The notes under the pieces are model-generated. The model ran no database searches. It saw only the letters and a list, made by a program, of their open reading frames with translations, and was not told the DNA's origin. From contig LSRY02000007.1 of NCBI GenBank assembly GCA_001643675.2, forward strand, positions 558,001 through 622,000: a stretch of 64,000 nucleotides of DNA. Direction: 5' to 3'. Made by a program: the position numbers and the translations under genes. Below are positions 37,416-50,694 of this stretch, piece by piece (position 1 is the first letter of the stretch; every line of letters begins with the position of its first letter). Origin of the DNA: Monocercomonoides exilis PA203. Lineage: Eukaryota > Protista > Preaxostyla.

Positions 37416-40400
37416 TCATCCACAGGCGATCTTCAATAAAAACATCAAGCTCCATTCAGCGCATCTTTCCGCCACTGAATTTGTAAAGCGAATGATGCAA
37501 TGTTCTTTTTTTTTGCCTTTCAGCTTCTGTTTTAATTGAGGCAATGAGTCCAATTTGTTCATTTCATTTTCTACGTTATTCTCAAATTTTGCAGCATCCT
37601 CGGTTGGATAAGACTGTGGGATGTATTCAGTATCATCGAAAAAATCTCCTTTCTTCTCCAAAGACAAACATTTTGAATGCAGAGCAATTTTCTCATCGAA
37701 CGGAGGAAGAGACATCAGATAGACAAAAAGCAAAAAGCCTAAAAATTGGTTAGAATATTGGTATTTTTTATTAAAAAAAGTTTTATCATTTTCGAAAAAT
37801 GGAAGAAAAAAATTATGAAAAAAATATTCATAAAAAAAATTTCAAACCATCGTAAATTGTGACTGCTCTACTTTTGCCAACATCAGAAAGAGAATTGATA
37901 CAATTGATTATGTATGAATGGAGTGCAGTTGATTGATAAAATGCCGTCGCATCCGATGCAAGTGGATAAATGCTTTGTGAAGAAAAAGATGATGATTCAG
38001 AAGACATTGAAGATAAAGAAGTTTTATGTTGATCTGGTGGTGAATAGCACAGCTCGGAATCGCGTGTGAAAGATTGTTCGCAGGATTGATCGATTTCTTT
38101 TGCCTCGCTTATGTTTTGTTCTTTGTCCATTTTTTCTGCTGGCTGAGGTGATCGTTTGCCCGACCACCATCCAAAGTTCCCAACAGCAGATTGAAGCTGC
38201 GACCAACTAAAGAAATTATGCTTTTTCTTTTCGCTTTCTTGTGAGGATAAAATATGAGAATATTGAGGATTATGGCACTGGACCAAAGGTCGAATAGGCT
38301 TATTTGCTTGTGTTTGACAATTTGAAGATAAAGAAGTCGTTGGAGGAGTATCTGAAGATTTCAAACCAGAGGTATTTGAAACAAAAGTTTGACAGTCGTT
38401 CGTGATCCCAAGTGAAGAAAGCACATTACTTCGATCCCATTCACCGCAAACATATTTAATTCCTCCTCTTCGGAGAATCAGCAAATCAATGGAGCACAGC
38501 AGCCTTCTTTTCTGTCTCATCATTTTTCTGAACAATTTATCCAAATTTGTATTCTTCTGTTTTGAATTTGTTGGAATAGGAAGAAAAGATGCATTCCCGT
38601 CATTATTAAAAGAAGAGTTTTCTGAACTTTCAACATGGCTTTCATTTGACTGAGCCTTTTCAGAAGAGCTCATTTCATCTTTAACATTTTCTCTTTCGAC
38701 TGGATTTTGAAGCATATTGTTCTGTTTTGAGGAATCCAAACATTCTGCAACGTCCAAAAGTGAAATGCATTCACCTTTCTTTTCAGGCTTTTCTGCAATG
38801 ACATCTTTTTTTGCTTGAAGTGCGTTTTCGCTTTCCCATTGCTTTTCAATCTGGCAAATTTCTTTATAACGCCAGCACTGCGTCTGTAACAGGGCAAAAT
38901 AAAAGAGAAGTGGAATTGGTTTTGTGGATTTGTGAATGTGTTGAGAAAGTGAAGAAATCAAAGATGAGTGTTCCGTCAATAAGGACGATGGAAACTCAGA
39001 GCTTTGCAAACGTTGACAAGTTGGATCGTCCTTTGTGTGTTCAAGTTCACTCCTAACATTCCTTGTATTGGATCTATCATTGTCCAAACATTCATGCTCT
39101 GTGGTTGTATCTTCCTTTCCATCAGAGTCACATCCAGTCAGTGGAGTCGATTGTGCTAACGAAACAGATGACGCGTCAGATGCCAACAATTCATAATGAA
39201 GCGAAAAAATACTATTTGGCATTTGATTTTTGATTTTTTCTTTCTTTTCTTTTTGAGATCTGCCATCCGCAACTTCTTTGCCTTCCTCCATTATTTTTCC
39301 GAGTGTTTCTTCGTTATTGATAAGTGCTTTGTTTTCTCTGGTTTTTTCTTCTTTGAGCACGCTATCTGCAACAAACAATGACTGATAAAGAGACTCTTCA
39401 CATGAGCCTTCATCGTCTACAAGAAAAGTTGAGCGAGCCTCAGCCAGTTTTGTTGTTGGATTCACCAGCACAACATGAGATGCTCCAGTGCAATTGGAAT
39501 TTCTGTTGGAAGACTCTTCTTCCATTGATGACTGCAGTTGGGAATCTGGTGACGAAAATGGCGTGTCAGATTGAAAAGAGCAGATGGATTGGGTTCCAAA
39601 CGGAGAGCTTATCGTTTTCACTTTATCTTTCTCATGGGAATTGCCTTTTTTCGCTTCCTCAGTATATTTGTCTCCAAAGCCTTGCATTCCAATTTCACTT
39701 TCTTTCTCCATCTCTTCTCCTCCGCTTCTCAATGGTACATTTGAGTATTCCCGCTGCGCATCTTTGATGAGCATGGGAAGCGGCGACTCGATGCCGTCTG
39801 CTAGAACTTGGTCGCCTCTGCGGATGAAGTGGGGTTCAGACACATCGCGCGATGAAGAAAAAGTGAAGCCAGAAAACGGGAAGCGAGAAAAGTAGGTGTG
39901 AGAGAACGAGCGTGCTGGAGAAGATGTGGAATTGGCAGCTGAAGACGAGTGTTCTGAAGAGGAAGAGGAAGGAGAGGAAGGAGAGAATGGAAGAAACTGG
40001 CGAAGTGGAATCCAGCCGATGAGTGCAGCGAGGCCAGACGTTGCAGCAGAAAAAAGCGAAGGAAAAAAACTCGAAGTTGGAGAGGAAGTTGACGTGGCTA
40101 AGGAAGGCGAAGGAGGAGAAGTGTGTGTGTTTGGTGAAGAATCTGATGATGAAGGCATCGACGGAGCTGTTGAAGTGATTTCAAATGGGGTTTTTGAGCG
40201 AAAACTTGGCTGAACAGTTAAATATTTGGTGGACGATATTACAATTGCGTGAATTTTTTTAAATAGTGATAATTCAACTTTCTTTTCATTTAAGCTCAGC
40301 TGAGAATTTTTATTAGGCTGCATTTGTTCTTCTTCATCATGATCTTTTGTATTTTCAATTAATTCGCATTTCTCTTCGTTGCAATCATTTTTCGATTTTT

Positions 40401-43400
40401 GTACCAGTTTATTCTTTTGATCTCTTCTTATCTCGTTCATCAAAGGGCAAAGCAGAGGAGCCAATGCCAGAATGTCTGTGTAGAATGAAGAGTGCTGCAG
40501 AAAGTGAAGAAGACGAAGAAGAGACGATAGAGGAAGCGAAGGATGGTTGGACACGAAGCTCAGAAAAGACAAAAGAGGTTGCTTTGATAACAATTGATTA
40601 GCCGCATCACCTGGAAGAGGCATATCATCAAACGAACACGGAAAATGAAGCTGAGTTTCTGGAGAACGAACTGAAGATGAATGGAGCATTAAAGAAGCAG
40701 GCGCTAAATGCGTATTGCGTTCGATGAAGACAAAGCCGTCTTCGTTGTCTTCATCCAAGGCTCCTTCTGTTGCATCGTCGGAGAAGAATTCAATGACCTC
40801 ACTTGACAAATCCAGCTCGCTGTCAATGTCAGACTCTGAATCGATTGGTTGTTCTATCTCATCATATTTGGTGTTTCTTATTGCTCCATCATTTTTATCT
40901 GCTGCAACGTTGCCTGCTTCCTCCTCTGGCTGCATTTGGGTGGACGGAGGAATGTTCCACGTGTCAATACGCTCAAAGGACACATCTGTCGATGTAAGTT
41001 TATCGCTTCCAAATGCTTTTGAAGCAGATTGCGAAGAATCAACTGAAGATGATTGAGATGATTGGATTTCACTTTGCTCTGCATTTCTCAATGGACTAGG
41101 CGCTGTAATTAGCTCTTGTTTAATTTCTTGTTCTTGCCCTTTTGTTTCTTTTCTTGATGAAAAATCTACGCGAAGCTGACTTCCAATCGGTTGTTCAAAT
41201 TTTAAGTTATCCATTGCGGGTGTCATTTTGTTGTCTGACTGCTCTGCCTCATTCCCATTCTCGAATGTCTGGAAAAATAAGTCCATTGAAGATTCAGGTG
41301 TGTCCTTCTGTGCCACATAAGGTGATTCAACAGCTGGAAATGGACTTCCATAGACGTTGTTGTGGTTGTTTTGCTTTGAAAAGTTGTCTCTGCTTTTTGC
41401 ATTTTCATTCTCATTTTCTGACTCGTTTGTAAATCTGCCAGTGTGTTCATTATATATTTTTACACTTTTTGTTGTTTCGCTTCTGGTTTTCTCTTCTTCC
41501 TCTTTCTTTTCCTCAATCTCCCTCAATTTTATTGACAACGAAATGCGCTGTGCAATTTCGTGGCTGTGGTCTGTGAGTTGCTTCATCTCTTTGTTTCTCT
41601 GTTTCTCTTCTTCTCCCTTTGCGAATCTTGCTTCACTTTTGATATATTGATTCGCATTTTGTTTGGTGTCCAAAGTCGAAAAAGAAGAAAATGATGAGGC
41701 AGCAGATGAAGGAGTTGCAGAAGCAGAAGCAGAAGACGAGTCAGCTTCGATAAAAGATTGCCTCATTTCTCCTCTTTCTGCGACTTTCAATCTCGAAATG
41801 CCGTCCAACTGAGCATTTGCAAGAAAATCTACACTGAAAAAAGGATGTCGCAATGCTTCTTCAGCAGACGGGCGGAGAGAAGGCTGTGGATTCATCAGCG
41901 CCTGAAGCAGCGAGAGAGTGTGAGGGTGAGGGATAAGAGGAGGGGAAGAGGCAGGAAAACGAGTGGATGGAGGGGGATGAATCGTTCGGAGTTGTTTTCT
42001 GCGTGGAAGTATGGGATATCACAGAAAGGGTAATGATATCATTTTGGTTATAGGAAGATTTTTTTTGTGAATTGGTCGATAAAGAACAAGAGAAAAGAAA
42101 GGAAAAATGTAAAAAAGTTGTTCGTTTCTTTTTCAAAGAGAATAGTAAAATCAGCAAACTTTCGTAGATTTTGGGGAACTGCATCTTCATACGGATGGCT
42201 ATATGCAAATGATACAGCGAAGCAGAGAAAAAAGATGGATATTGTCGAAAATAAATAAAATGAAGAAAAAAGAAAACAATCGGAAATTTAATGCAAAAGA
42301 AGTACTTTTTAAAGAATGAGCAAAAAAAGATATCCAAATTGCATTAATTTGTATTCATTCAGAAAAATCATTTGCTCTTTTCCAAAAGTTACATTCACAA
42401 TTTGAACACACCATTTCCAGAGCATCTGATAGAAACACACTCCAACACTCCAAATGTCACCTTTTCTGGTGAATAGATATGGCCACTTGTGCGACTCTGG
42501 AGGCTGTTTTCAGAAAAAAATTTAAATGAAACAATACAAATAAAATATGAAAGAAAACAAAAATTATGATAAAAGGAATTAAAAAAGGCTCTTTCTTTAA
42601 TTCAAAATTTTGAGAAAATAAATAAATATCATATAAATAACATTTTTATGTTGAATATTTTCTTATAGCTATTTTTAAAACTATTTCTCTTTCGATTTCT
42701 ATCTTTTTATTCAAAAAATTACTTCCTTCAAAAATATAAATTCCTTTCATCTCCTCTCAAACAAATTTTTTTTTCTGTTTGCTTGCTTATTTCTTATGCA
42801 AATTATTATACCTTATTTAGTGGTGTTCCGCATTTCGTCATTGTCAGGTCTTTCTTCTTTGGAGCCCGCCTTGCTGTTCCAAAATCAGTAATTTTGAGAA
42901 TTGGTGGAATCAGCACATTCTGGACAGATTGACTGCCCCCAGGAAAAAATGATCCAGTGCTTTTGCTTTCATTAAATGAACGCATTTTATGTGCTGCAGG
43001 GGAAGGAACATGCAGAAGAACGTTTTCCAATTTCATATCTCTGAGAACGTTCAAGAACAAATAAACCTTCACAATAAAATATAGCTAGCAAACCTGTGTA
43101 TGTACCCTCGCTCATGAATAACTTTTAAACCTTCCACTTTTTGTTATGAATGAAAATGGAACATTAATAAATAATTTTTTGTAAAGATTCATGATAAAAA
43201 GCAACTGAACCACACGTAATTGCCTGAGAAAATATTGAGCAACTGCTTCAGAAGGTTTATTTTTTGGATAATACACATATTCATGAAGCGTCTTGAAATG
43301 CAATTTTATGAAGGAATGTCATCAAAAATTGAAAAGAAAAGAAAAGAAAACGCACCTTTCCATTTGCATATTCCAAAAAAATGCAAACAAATGGGGGATG

Positions 43401-43891
43401 AGAATACATCCAATTAACCTTTATAATATATGGACAATTACTTCTGTGTTGATAATTGTTAAAGAATTGATAATTTGTTTCAGCAAAAAAAATACCCTTT
43501 AAGATCTTGAGCAGCTTGAAATTCCTGGGGTTTAAAATCATCCTGGTCGATTATTTTAATCGCAATTATACTCTTTTCCTTTGTTGTTGCTGCATATACC
43601 CTGAAAAACATGAATTAAGAAAAAACAAAAAATTTAATAAACCGGCCAAAAGACCCAGCACCTATAAAATATCAAAAATAATTAAATTTTAATGGCTATT
43701 AAAATAGTTGTGAAAAACCTATAAAGGTCAAATTCTGAGCGTGTATAATAATAAGAGAAAATAATCAAAAAAGCCAAAATTTTTCAAACAGAAAATCCAA
43801 GATGCTCCAAATCATTAAATAGATCATTCCATATGTCTTCCGTATATGAATGTGAATCGTCCATTTGGCCTGGAAATTGATTAAAGTCCAT
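37416..43891 (-). CDS. Large Ser/Thr protein kinase (N-terminal kinase domain, possibly ULK/Atg1-like), about 12 exons
   Basis: Spliced motifs IGAGSFGRVY, IAIK, LEYANG, IHRDMKLENVLL, KITDFG, CGTPLNKPPE, DIWSVG and RPSAEEALRHPFF, followed by the 1355-aa ORF and a last exon 37416-~37738. Confidence 0.88.
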
Positions 43892-44188
43892 TTGTAAAAA
43901 AAGAAAAAAATGTTATGGCATTATCAATTGAAGTTCTCTGTTGATTTTGTCAATTGTTTTCGTTGCAAGAATGAATATATTGTTAAGAAAAAGAAAACTA
44001 TTCAATTTAATTTTTCATTTCTTGATTTTCTGAAATATTTTGAATATTTTATTTTAATCACTCAATTCTTTATTCAGATATTTTCAAAATAAGCTTAATG
44101 AAATAAAATATAAAAAACAAAACTATTTCATATAATACAGTTTAAAAAATCTACAAATGACCGATAAATAAAATATCAAAATTCACTC

Positions 44189-44864
44189 TCAGGTTCGCTT
44201 CCCCTTTTTCTGATGCTTTTTGTTTCTTTTTGATTGACCTTCTTGTCCATTCTTTGCTGGTGATATCGTTTCTGATGTTTCCTTATGATGTTCGTTTTCT
44301 TCATTGTTAGAATTTGTTTTTAAATAATTCTTTTCTTTTTCTTTTTCTTTTTCCTGTTCCAGTTTGAGTTCTTTTACATTTTCTTTTGTTTCAGTTTTAT
44401 CATTTTCTTGTTCTTGTTCTTTCTCTTTCTCTTTCTCTTTCTCTTTCTCCACCTCTTTCTCTTTCTCTTTCTCTTTCTCCTCCATTCCCCCATCTTTCTT
44501 CTGCACTCCTTCCTGTTGCTCTTTATTTTGCAGTTGTTTCGTCAATCTCTTCAATTTGCTCTTCAAAGTAGCAATCACTGCATCTTTTGTGTGGTATTCC
44601 TTCATCAAATTTCGAGTGAATTTCAACAGAGAAACCATCGAAGACGAACCGGAAATGATTGAGGAAGAAAGAGAAGAGCCAAGAAAAGCACTCGAAGACG
44701 ATGCAACAGATACATTGGAAGGGGATTGAAGTGAATCAACACAATTATGTTGAGATGGAAGAAAAGAGGGAGAAAATGGAGAAGAGAATGAGGAAGAAGG
44801 TGAAGAGAAAGGAAAAGAGGAAGGAAAAGAAGAAGAAGAAGAAGAAGAAGAAGAAGAAGAAGAA

Positions 44865-44912
<48 letters not shown>

Positions 44913-46913
44913 AATTGTTCTGCGGATGCAGAAGATGGTGAAGGAGAAGAAAGAGAAGAAGAATGAAAAGTTGAGGATAAATTCTGAGGTGAAGTGAGTT
45001 TGTTTGGTGTTTGTGACTGCTGCATAACAGTCTGTGAATGAAGCGGTGAGCTGTCTCTTTGTGGTTCAGGAGGAATTGGCATTGACTGGGTGGAGCAGAA
45101 CTCTGCAAAAAAGAAAAGAAAAGAAAAAGAAATCAAAGATTCATAAATATCATTTATTATTATTAATATAAAATATTTAATAAAGCAATAAAGAGAGTGA
45201 AAAATAATACACAGTCCACACCTGGTTCTAAATTTCTTTCCTGCACATTTCTTTCTGCTTCTGCTGTATCATCACGATCATCACTATTATCTCCACTTCC
45301 TCTTCCTCTTCCATTTCCCCTTCCTTCTTCCCCCTCCTTCTGATCCTCTCTTTCATCTCCAATCTTCTCCTTTTGCCGCCCACGTGCCCCTTCAATCGCT
45401 GCTGACAGGGTGTTTCTGATGACCTCCTGCCACTTCTCCTCCACAATCAGCGCATCCATCTGCCGCTCCTCCAGCAGCCGCTCGTATTTCTCTCTGAGCA
45501 GCTCGTTCTCCTCTCTCAAGCTGGCGATATCGGAGGATGAATACTTTGCGTCTTCAGAAGAAGAAATGGCTGAGGCTGAGGCTGGTGATACTGATGGTGC
45601 TGGGGCTGGTTCTTCTTTCTTTTCTGCTTTGTTCTCTTCTGTTTGTGTGAATTTTTCTGCTTCTTCATATTTTTTTTCGTCTATTTTTTCTTCAACAGTT
45701 TGCGTGCTCATTTCTTTTTCTAACCGATTCCTGTGGTAATTATCATTATTTCTAAGCGTATCATCTGAATGAATATCTTTCTCTTCCATTGAAATTCCTT
45801 CGCATCTGTTTTCTTTCTCTTCTCTCACAACATCTGCATTTGCTTTAGTTGAGCCATAAGTCAAGCCAAATGACGAACCCTCTTTTGCCTCCAGCATCCG
45901 CCTTCCTTCTTTCGCCCTGAAAATCTCCTCTTCCAAAAGCTCATCGCGCAGCTTGGTTGCCCACAGCTCGTAGTTCAGCTGCAGATTTTCTGCTGTCACT
46001 GCTTTGATCCTCCGCCTCAGCTGCTCAATGGACATAGAATTAATATGCGCACTATTCAGTTTGTAATTGTCTTCGTCGCTTTCTGAGCCAAATCCATCAT
46101 CGTCAAAATAATCTTCTTCGTCTTCTTCAAATCCATAAATGTCTTCAGCTTTATCTTCATTCAAAAAATCACTTTTACATTTCTGAGTGGTTGAGGATAC
46201 AATATTTTCTTTTGAATTCTGTTTTACACAATTGCATGGTACTTCTGCGGTTGGAATCAAACTTTGCTTTTTGATCATTATAATTTTTTCACCTAAGTTA
46301 GATAAGTAATTGAGAACTTTTTCTCTATTTCTTCGCTCGTTTTCACTGAACTTTCTGCTTTGATTTTTCTCATAAAAATGTTCGTCGCCTTGCTTTAAAC
46401 AAGCTGCAAATAAGGACAATGAAAATAACAATGACTCATCAGCAGTCCTTGGCTCGATAATCCTTTGATCAAATGTCTTTTCATTCGCTGTTCCGCTCTG
46501 AACAATAGTTAATAAATACATGTGTTTCGTTGAATATGGAAAGGAAATAAATATGCATAAAAATTCATACTTCAAATTTGCACAGTAAATATGTAAGCAT
46601 CTGTAAACTCACAACACTCAATCCAGGAAGAGTTGAATTTGTTAGACAGAATTCTGGAAAAAAGGAATTATCCAAAGAACTAAAGGTTGCAAAATTAAAG
46701 TTGTGATAAATAAACAATTTCTTACTCAAAAATATTTATTGGATACCTCTTACGTAAAACGCTTGAGATTACTGAGCCATCAAGAAGATCATCTGATGTT
46801 TTTACTCTTTTTGGAAGTTGCTCCAGCGAATCCAACCAAGGAATAATTGATGAAAAAACATCTTTTATTTCTTTCGAATCAGGGTATATTTTTTGAATTT
46901 TTTCTTTCTGCAT
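44189..46913 (-). CDS. Coiled-coil protein with possible Hook/Girdin-type N-terminal CH-like domain, multi-exon
   Basis: N-terminal WLDSLEQLP....DDLLDGSVISSVL resembles Hook-domain starts; coiled-coil segments follow. ORFs 45163..46575 and 44189..45136 join by a GT-AG intron (EP|EFCST). Confidence 0.6.
44826..44910. repeat. (GAA)n(GAT)n encoding poly-Ser
   Basis: Visible trimer runs within the minus-strand CDS. Confidence 0.9.
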
Positions 46914-47727
46914 CAAAAATAAAAATCAAAAGATAAATTTTAAAAAATATATTAGAAGATTGAACAAAAGTTTTTTGTCTCTTTAAATTATTTTGCGCAT
47001 GTGTAAGTTTGCATTGTCTAAGTGTTATTTTTCCACTTTTGCATTATTTTGCCATTATTTTCCACATCTAACCCTTATTTATGAATAACCAAAACTCATT
47101 TTGTTCATGGGAAGCTACCAACAGATTTTTTCGATTTATTTGGACTGGGAGCTTACCTAATCGTCCAATAAAAGTTTATAAAATCTTGTGCAGAACTTCT
47201 TTATACTTTTATTGTATGAGAATTTTAGTTATAAATAAACTTCAATTTTCCTGTTTTGTAGTAACTTTTTGTTTAATTGGATGGGCGGCGTCACTTTACT
47301 TTTATATGCGATATCTTGGAGAAATTAAGTGTGACTGATATAGATTTTTTAAAAACATTATAGTAATTATAAAACTTAGAGGCGATTGGATTCCAATGCA
47401 ATGCGAACTTATTTCTTACACCAATCTTTCAATGCCAGCGCCAATGTCAGGTTGTTTATTTATAATTGTGACCGTTGGTTATGTTTGTTTTGTATTTTCT
47501 GAAATACTTTGTAGAATCATTTCGAGGTTTATGCATTCACATTTTTGATGTGACAATTTCAAAAACAATGTCCAAAGCTAGAATTTTAGAATTGACGTTT
47601 GTTCAAATGATTTTTTCTTGGACTTTTTGAACTTCTCTTTTTTCATAGAGGAGGAACTTGTTCAATTAATTCACGACAGAAAACTCATTGGCCTGTCCTT
47701 GAATTCAATGTTAGCGATTCCATAAAT

Positions 47728-48501
47728 ATGGCTCCCAACAAATCTGGAAATTCTTTTCGAAATTTGCCAAAGTTAGAAAGTTCCATTGTTTCATCGATAT
47801 CAGGTTATGGTGAATTTGTTCAAAAACGTCAGGTATTTCATCGTGTGAGAAAATGGATTATTCAAACAACTAAGAGGAATCCACTTATAGGTTTTCGTTA
47901 TGCAGCACAAATGGTCAAAGATTTTGTGATCGAAAGAAGCAAGCAAAAATCCATTTCCACCGATTTTTACAGAAATAGGAAAACTGAAATTGAAAATTAT
48001 ATAGGCAATGATAATTTTAAGAAAGCTTCGGAATTTAATGATGATAAGCATCACGCTTGCTTTGCTCCGATCACTCTCTTTGCTCCTCATCTTCTTTCAC
48101 CCTCTCAAAGACACCTTTCTGGCCAATCACACTTTTCACTTCTTAATCAGATTTCGCCTTTGGTTCATTCTTCATCATCATTTGCTTCGCTTAATTCACC
48201 GCACGTTCACCCAACTCAATTCACTCATTCACTTCCTTCTGTTACTGACTATCAGTCATCTTTTATTCATGCCAATCTGCCTTCGTATATTACTCTTGTT
48301 CAGCCCGAAGAAGTTTCTTCCCCGTCTTCTGTTTTGGTTTTGGTTTTACCTGTCTTAATGTTTTATGTTGCAAGTATTTTTTGGTTTATGTTTGTATTTA
48401 CAAATTGGATAAAATCAATTTTACATCGATTCAAGCTAAGACCTCGCCAAGATCCGACTGCTATTGAAGAGCAAATTCAAGATATGCAGCAACAACAATA
48501 A
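47728..48501 (+). CDS. Hypothetical protein with C-terminal TM helix, 257 aa
   Basis: ATG-started ORF in an AT-rich context with hydrophobic VLVLVLPVLMFYVASIFWFMFVF; no family recognised. Confidence 0.55.
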   Translation: MAPNKSGNSFRNLPKLESSIVSSISGYGEFVQKRQVFHRVRKWIIQTTKRNPLIGFRYAAQMVKDFVIERSKQKSISTDFYRNRKTEIENYIGNDNFKKASEFNDDKHHACFAPITLFAPHLLSPSQRHLSGQSHFSLLNQISPLVHSSSSFASLNSPHVHPTQFTHSLPSVTDYQSSFIHANLPSYITLVQPEEVSSPSSVLVLVLPVLMFYVASIFWFMFVFTNWIKSILHRFKLRPRQDPTAIEEQIQDMQQQQ

Positions 48502-48789
48502 AAAGGAATTAGATTCAAAAATGAAACTCATTTCATCCACCGTCAATGTTTCTTATCCTTTTCATTTTTATTTATATTTTTATTTTTATTTTTGAAGTTT
48601 TATTGAAATATTATATTAAGCAAAAGTTGGATATTTTTTATTATTCAATTTTTTTATTAATTTTCGTCTGCGTTGAAATGTTTTAGAATTAATGTTTTGT
48701 CCAATTGGAAAAAATGATGGGTACAAAAAACCAAAACTTAAAGGATTTATCATTTAAGTATGGGTATATAAAAACATTTTTATCAGTAA

Positions 48790-50694
48790 ATGTCAATTAA
48801 ATCACAACAATCAACTCTTCAAACTCCTGTCGCAACTATAGAATGCGTGAAAAATTTATATGCTGTACCATCCGATATCTCTGAACCGATTTATGCATAT
48901 GCAGAGATTCGAACTCGAAAAAGTGAAATCAGCAATAAAGAAAAAAATCCAATGTCTATTGCATTGGTTATAGATTGTTCAGGATCAATGGAGCATGTTG
49001 GGAAGTTTAATTTTGCGATTGATGCGGCAAAGATGGCCGTTGAAAAGTTAAGTTCAAAGGATCAAGTTTCCGTAATTGCTTTTGAAACAGATGTAGCAAT
49101 TGTTGTTCCTCTTAAAAATGTTCTTGATAAAAATGACTTGGTTCATGAGATTGATAAAATAAGAATTGGTTCCTGTACAAACATTTCAGGAGCCTTAACA
49201 GTAGCGTTTGATGAACTTTCAAAAGCTCCAAAAGAAAATGTTAAACGAGTTATTTTATTAACTGATGGATACGCAAACGTTGGACTTACTAATACAGCCG
49301 ATTTGGTGGAGCTTGCTAAGTCAAAAAGGGATGTTGGAATAACTGTTAGCACGATAGGCTTTGGACTGGAATACAATGGTGATTTAATGCAAAGCATGGC
49401 ACAACAAGGAGGAGGAGCTTTTTTTGCTGTGCGATACGGTGAAACATTAGATCAAGTTATCGAGAATGAAGTCTGTGCGGTTGAAAATATCTTGACAAAT
49501 CACACGTCTCTTAAAGTTATTTCATCTCCATTTGTAGAGAAAGTTTCAATTATGGGGTATCCAGTTGAGTCTCAAAGACGCCTTGCAAATGATGATCTAT
49601 CAACAAACATCTCATTCCCTGACTTGCTGACGGAAGAAGTTAGAGAGATTGTGATTCGATTTGATGTTCGCAAAAATTCAATTGTTTTACCTGGAGCATC
49701 GAAAGCATCGTCTTCAACTGTTCCTCCAGCAGATGGAGCAGAGCAATCTTCAGCTGGAATAGACAAAGTCAAACTCGGACAGTTGGTTTTAAGTTACGTT
49801 AACAAAAAAGCAAGCAATTCATCAAAAAGTGATGAAGCAAGTTGTTGTTCAGCTACTCCTGAAGGAGAAAAGAAGGACGAAGCAAAATCAAAAGTCGAAC
49901 AGGACAAAAAAACGAAAGTTGAGCAAGAGGAAGTGGTGGAAAGCGAAATTTCTGTACAAGTAATCAATGATGCGAATGAAAGAGATCAGATTAACAGACA
50001 GCATTGTGAGTCTACAGTGAAGACTGCGCTGAAAGTGATGATCCGACAGGCTTCCGCAGAAAACGAAGAGGCAATGGAATGTTTGTCAAATCGTCAGTCA
50101 AATGAAACAATTGTGGCTCATCTCGACAAGGTGAATGAGATCACAGACAAGTTTCTCGTGTTCCTTAAGGAGAAAAGCGGACTGAGCAGTTCGATCGATC
50201 TGTATGAAAAGGCTCTGAAAGCTGTGGCAGACGAAAAGGCTCGTGTTGAATCTGTTCGCAAGCGTCTTAACGAGGCAAAATCAAACAACCATTTGCGGAA
50301 GAGGATGGTGCAAGGCACGCGACAGCGGGCGTATCTGGTGAACCAAGGCTCGATGTCTTCAGCTGCGTATGCGCTGCCTGAGAAAGAGTTGTACTCTGAC
50401 GCAGAGGATCTGTCTTGCTCGTCTGAAAGTGAAGATCATTACAAACATGTGAGGGGCTCAAGGTCGCCTACACGAAAGCGGAGCGTTTCCAGATCTGTTT
50501 CGAGATCACTTTCAGGATCTGTCTCAAGATCGCCATCTCCAGACACTGGCAGCGATTCTGGTTCCAGTGATGAATCATCATCTGCCTCTGATGGAGCTAA
50601 ATGGAATGTGCTTTCGATGTTCAAACCGAAGAAAGTTTGCGGCAAATGCAGAAGAAAAAGCAGGTCTTCTCGGAAAAGAAGTGGATCAATGTAA
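48790..50694 (+). CDS. von Willebrand factor A domain protein with Ser/Arg-rich tail, intronless
   Basis: MIDAS motif VIDCSGSM, TNISGAL, ILLTDGYAN and STIGFG..YN..LM. Confidence 0.9.
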   Translation: MSIKSQQSTLQTPVATIECVKNLYAVPSDISEPIYAYAEIRTRKSEISNKEKNPMSIALVIDCSGSMEHVGKFNFAIDAAKMAVEKLSSKDQVSVIAFETDVAIVVPLKNVLDKNDLVHEIDKIRIGSCTNISGALTVAFDELSKAPKENVKRVILLTDGYANVGLTNTADLVELAKSKRDVGITVSTIGFGLEYNGDLMQSMAQQGGGAFFAVRYGETLDQVIENEVCAVENILTNHTSLKVISSPFVEKVSIMGYPVESQRRLANDDLSTNISFPDLLTEEVREIVIRFDVRKNSIVLPGASKASSSTVPPADGAEQSSAGIDKVKLGQLVLSYVNKKASNSSKSDEASCCSATPEGEKKDEAKSKVEQDKKTKVEQEEVVESEISVQVINDANERDQINRQHCESTVKTALKVMIRQASAENEEAMECLSNRQSNETIVAHLDKVNEITDKFLVFLKEKSGLSSSIDLYEKALKAVADEKARVESVRKRLNEAKSNNHLRKRMVQGTRQRAYLVNQGSMSSAAYALPEKELYSDAEDLSCSSESEDHYKHVRGSRSPTRKRSVSRSVSRSLSGSVSRSPSPDTGSDSGSSDESSSASDGAKWNVLSMFKPKKVCGKCRRKSRSSRKRSGSM

